Shown here one piece after another: positions 60,001 to 64,000 of a stretch of DNA of 64,000 bases. The notes beneath the pieces were generated by a model. It searched no databases. It worked only from the letters and a program-made list of their open reading frames with translations, and was not told the origin of the DNA. Numbering within the stretch: position 1 is the stretch's first letter; each line of letters begins with the position of its first letter. A program made the translations under genes and the position numbers. This stretch comes from Auanema rhodensis (taxonomy: Eukaryota > Animalia > Nematoda): NCBI GenBank assembly GCA_964057225.1, contig OZ059896.1, positions 5,084,001 to 5,148,000 on the forward strand. The letters run 5' to 3'.

Positions 60001-63000
60001 CAATATCAATAAAAATTTGTTTTTAGACTAATATGGACATGGGGAATCTAATTTTGAAAACCGCATCTCTTTATCTTTCACGTGAAGCGAGTTACATACC
60101 AAGTGCACATCACGTGTACATTTAATTAGCATAAATTAAAGTTCACGTAAATTTCAAAGTCATGGTTACCATGCACCAATATTAATAAAAATTTGTTTTT
60201 AGACTAATATGGACATGGGGAATCTAATTTTGAAAACCGCATCTCTTTATCTTTCACGTGAAGCGAGTTACATACCAAGTGCACATCACGTGTACATTTA
60301 ATTAGCATAAATTAAAGTTCACGTAAATTTCAAAGTCATGGTTACCATGCACCAATATCAATAAAAATTTGTTTTTAGACTAATATGGACATGGAGAATC
60401 TAATTTTGAAAACCGCATCTCTTTATCTTTCACGTGAAGCGAGTTACATACCAAGTGCACATCACGTGTACATTTAATTAGCATAAATTAAAGTTCACGT
60501 AAATTTCAAAGTCATGGTTACCATGCACCAATATCAATAAAAATTTGTTTTTAGACTAATATGAACATGGGGAATCTAATTTTGAAAACCGCATCTCTTT
60601 ATCTTTCACGTGAAGCGAGTTACATACCAAGTGCACATAACGTGTACATTTAATTAGCATAAATTAAAGTTCACGTAAATTTCAAAGTCATGGTTACCAT
60701 GCACCAATATCAATAAAAATTTGTTTTTAGACTAATATGGACATGGAGAATCTAATTTTGAAAACCGCATCTCTTTATCTTTCACGTGAAGCGAGTTACA
60801 TACCAAGTGCACATCACGTGTACATTTAATTAGCATAAATTAAAGTTCACGTAAATTTCAAAGTCATGGTTACCATGAACCAATATCAATAAAAATTTGT
60901 TTTTAGACTAATATGGACATGGGGAATCTAATTTTGAAAATCGCATCTCTTTATCTTTCACGTGAAGCGAGTTACATACCAAGTGCACATCACGTGTACA
61001 TTTAATTAGCATAAATTAAAGTTCACGTAAATTTCAAAGTCATGGTTACCATGAACCAATATCAATAAAAATTTGTTTTTAGACTAATATGGACATGGGG
61101 AATCTAATTTTGAAAACCGCATCTCTTTATCTTTCACGTGAAGCGAGTTACATACCAAGTGCACATCACGTGTACATTTAATTAGCATAAATTAAAGTTC
61201 ACGTAAATTTCAAAGTCATGGTTACCATGCACCAATATTAATAAAAATTTGTTTTTAGACTAATATGGACATGGGGAATCTAATTTTGAAAACCGCATCT
61301 CTTTATCTTTCACGTGAAGCGAGTTACATACCAAGTGCACATCACGTGTACATTTAATTAGCATAAATTAAAGTTCACGTAAATTTCAAAGTCATGGTTA
61401 CCATGCACCAATATCAATAAAAATTTGTTTTTAGACTAATATGGACATGGAGAATCTAATTTTGAAAACCGCATCTCTTTATCTTTCACGTGAAGCGAGT
61501 TACATACCAAGTGCACATCACGTGTACATTTAATTAGCATAAATTAAAGTTCACGTAAATTTCAAAGTCATGGTTACCATGCACCAATATCAATAAAAAT
61601 TTGTTTTTAGACTAATATGGACATGGGGAATCTAATTTTGAAAACCGCATCTCTTTATCTTTCACGTGAAGCGAGTTACATACCAAGTGCACATCACGTG
61701 TACACTTAATTAGCATAAATTAAAGTTCACGTAAATTTCAAAGTCATGGTTACCATGCACCAATATCAATAAAAATTTGTTTTTAGACTAATATGGACAT
61801 GGGGAATCTAATTTTGAAAACCGCATCTCTTTATCTTTCAAGTGAAGCGAGTTACATACCAAGTGCACATCACGTGTACATTTAATTAGCATAAATTAAA
61901 GTTCACGTAAATTTCAAAGTCATGGTTACCATGCACCAATATCAATAAAAATTTGTTTTTAGACTAATATGGACATGGGGAATCTAATTTTGAAAATCGC
62001 ATCTCTTTATCTTTCACGTGAAGCGAGTTACATACCAAGTGCACATCACGTGTACATTTAATTAGCATAAATTAAAGTTCACGTAAATTTCAAAGTCATG
62101 GTTACCATGAACCAATATCAATAAAAATTTGTTTTTAGACTAATATGGACATGGGGAATCTAATTTTGAAAACCGCATCTCTTTATCTTTCACGTGAAGC
62201 GAGTTACATACCAAGTGCACATCACGTGTACATTTAATTAGCATAAATTAAAGTTCACGTAAATTTCAAAGTCATGGTTACCATGCACCAATATCAATAA
62301 AAATTTGTTTTTAGACTAATATGGACATGGGGAATCTAATTTTGAAAATCGCATCTCTTTATCTTTCACGTGAAGCGAGTTACATACCAAGTGCACATCA
62401 CGTGTACATTTAATTAGCATAAATTAAAGTTCACGTAAATTTCAAAGTCATGGTTAGCATGAACCAATATCAATAAAAATTTGTTTTTAGACTAATATGG
62501 ACATGGGGAATCTAATTTTGAAAACCGCATCTCTTTATCTTTCACGTGAAGCGAGTTACATACCAAGTGCACATCACGTGTACATTTAATTAGCATAAAT
62601 TAAAGTTCACGTAAATTTCAAAGTCATGGTTACCATGAACCAATATCAATAAAAATTTGTTTTTAGACTAATATGGACATGGGGAATCTAATTTTGAAAA
62701 CCGCATCTCTTTATCTTTCACGTGAAGCGAGTTACATACCAAGTGCACATCACGTGTACATTTAATTAGCATAAATTAAAGTTCACGTAAATTTCAAAGT
62801 CATGGTTACCATGCACCAATATCAATAAAAATTTGTTTTTAGACTAATTTGGACATGGGGAATCTAATTTTGAAAACCGCATCTCTTTATCTTTCAAGTG
62901 AAGCGAGTTACATACCAAGTGCACATCACGTGTACATTTAATTAGCATAAATTAAAGTTCACGTAAATTTCAAAGTCATGGTTACCATGCACCAATATTA

Positions 63001-64000
63001 ATAAAAATTTGTTTTTAGACTAATATGGACATGAGGAATCTAATTTTGAAAATCGCATCTCTTTATCTTTCACGTGAAGCGAGTTACATACCAAGTGCAC
63101 ATCACGTGTACATTTAATTAGCATAAATTAAAGTTCACGTAAATTTCAAAGTCATGGTTAGCATGAACCAATATCAATAAAAATTTGTTTTTAGACTAAT
63201 ATGGACATGGGGAATCTAATTTTGAAAACCGCATCTCTTTATCTTTCACGTGAAGCGAGTTACATACCAAGTGCACATCACGTGTACATTTAATTAGCAT
63301 AAATTAAAGTTCACGTAAATTTCAAAGTCATGGTTAGCATGAACCAATATCAATAAAAATTTGTTTTTAGACTAATATGGACATGAGGAATCTAATTTTG
63401 AAAATCGCATCTCTTTATCTTTCACGTGAAGCGAGTTACATACCAAGTGCACATCACGTGTACATTTAATTAGCATAAATTAAAGTTCACGTAAATTTCA
63501 AAGTCATGGTTAGCATGAACCAATATCAATAAAAATTTGTTTTTAGACTAATATGGACATGGGGAATCTAATTTTGAAAACCGCATCTCTTTATCTTTCA
63601 CGTGAAGCGAGTTACATACCAAGTGCACATCACGTGTACATTTAATTAGCATAAATTAAAGTTCACGTAAATTTCAAAGTCATGGTTACCATGAACCAAT
63701 ATCAATAAAAATTTGTTTTTAGACTAATATGGACATGGGGAATCTAATTTTGAAAACCGCATCTCTTTATCTTTCACGTGAAGCGAGTTACATACCAAGT
63801 GCACATCACGTGTACATTTAATTAGCATAAATTAAAGTTCACGTAAATTTCAAAGTCATGGTTACCATGCACCAATATCAATAAAAATTTGTTTTTAGAC
63901 TAATTTGGACATGGGGAATCTAATTTTGAAAACCGCATCTCTTTATCTTTCAAGTGAAGCGAGTTACATACCAAGTGCACATCACGTGTACATTTAATTA

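Larger units (their letters stand above)
31153..62900. repeat. Large duplicated block: ~31.2-43.9 kb repeated at ~49.1-62.9 kb (offset 102-107 monomers)
   Basis: Rare markers occur in the same order: C153G n=195/297, A155G n=199/301, T18A n=202/307, A41G n=209/315, G143A n=212/318, G113A n=213/320, T111A n=221/328, G40T+C46G n=223/330 and C153G n=247/354. Confidence 0.88.
1..64000. repeat. 176-bp tandem satellite DNA array (~363.6 copies, single orientation), probably centromeric/heterochromatic
   Basis: The same 176-mer recurs at 1, 177, 353 and onward. Every line at 2640k+1 (15 monomers), from 2641 to 63361, begins TTGTTTTT. Monomers differ from consensus by only a few substitutions, and the array runs off both window ends. 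Confidence 0.99.

Noticed and set aside
1-64000. CRISPR array
   Set aside because: There are no unique spacers and no cas genes. The entire 176 bp repeats.
1-64000. Continuous tandem-repeat protein, including under a TAA/TAG=Gln genetic code
   Set aside because: 176 is not a multiple of 3, so a long ORF would need all three frames open. TGA stops occur in the minus-strand frames (TCA at 62, 94, 127, 138, 144, 166) and on the plus strand (39, 67).
1-64000. Assignment to a known ~176-bp satellite (Brassica CentBr, honeybee AluI repeat, Arabidopsis CEN178, alpha satellite)
   Set aside because: Only the length is similar. The consensus lacks HindIII AAGCTT and AluI AGCT (I noticed a single variant AGCT at 11158-11161), and I recognise no sequence similarity. 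A BLAST search is needed to settle this.
1-64000. Synthetic concatemer or rolling-circle artefact
   Set aside because: Shared variants form nested, hierarchical duplications and regional subfamilies, as expected of an evolved array rather than random errors on one template. Local misassembly cannot be excluded.

Overview
The whole 64-kb window is one uninterrupted head-to-tail array of a 176-bp AT-rich satellite: 363 full monomers plus a 112-bp partial, all in one orientation, about 32% GC (57/176 by hand count). Consensus, phased to position 1: TTGTTTTTAGACTAATATGGACATGGGGAATCTAATTTTGAAAACCGCATCTCTTTATCTTTCACGTGAAGCGAGTTACATACCAAGTGCACATCACGTGTACATTTAATTAGCATAAATTAAAGTTCACGTAAATTTCAAAGTCATGGTTACCATGCACCAATATCAATAAAAAT. 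I found no genes, RNA genes, mobile elements, CRISPR spacers or unique sequence. The three listed ORFs are by-products of a single SNP that removes a stop codon in the repeat. This looks like eukaryotic centromeric or heterochromatic satellite DNA (inference), and I cannot assign it to a named family or species. The informative structure is as follows: exact length conservation with no net indel over 360 monomers; a monomer rich in dyads with three phased TCACGT motifs; nested variant-defined duplications (2-, 3-, 4-, 6-, 8-, 15-, 16-, ~50- and ~102-107-monomer offsets); a diverged subfamily island at about 8-14.7 kb; and no visible CpG decay. Monomer n (0-based) starts at 176n+1, and variants are named by their position in the monomer. 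All variant calls were made by eye.
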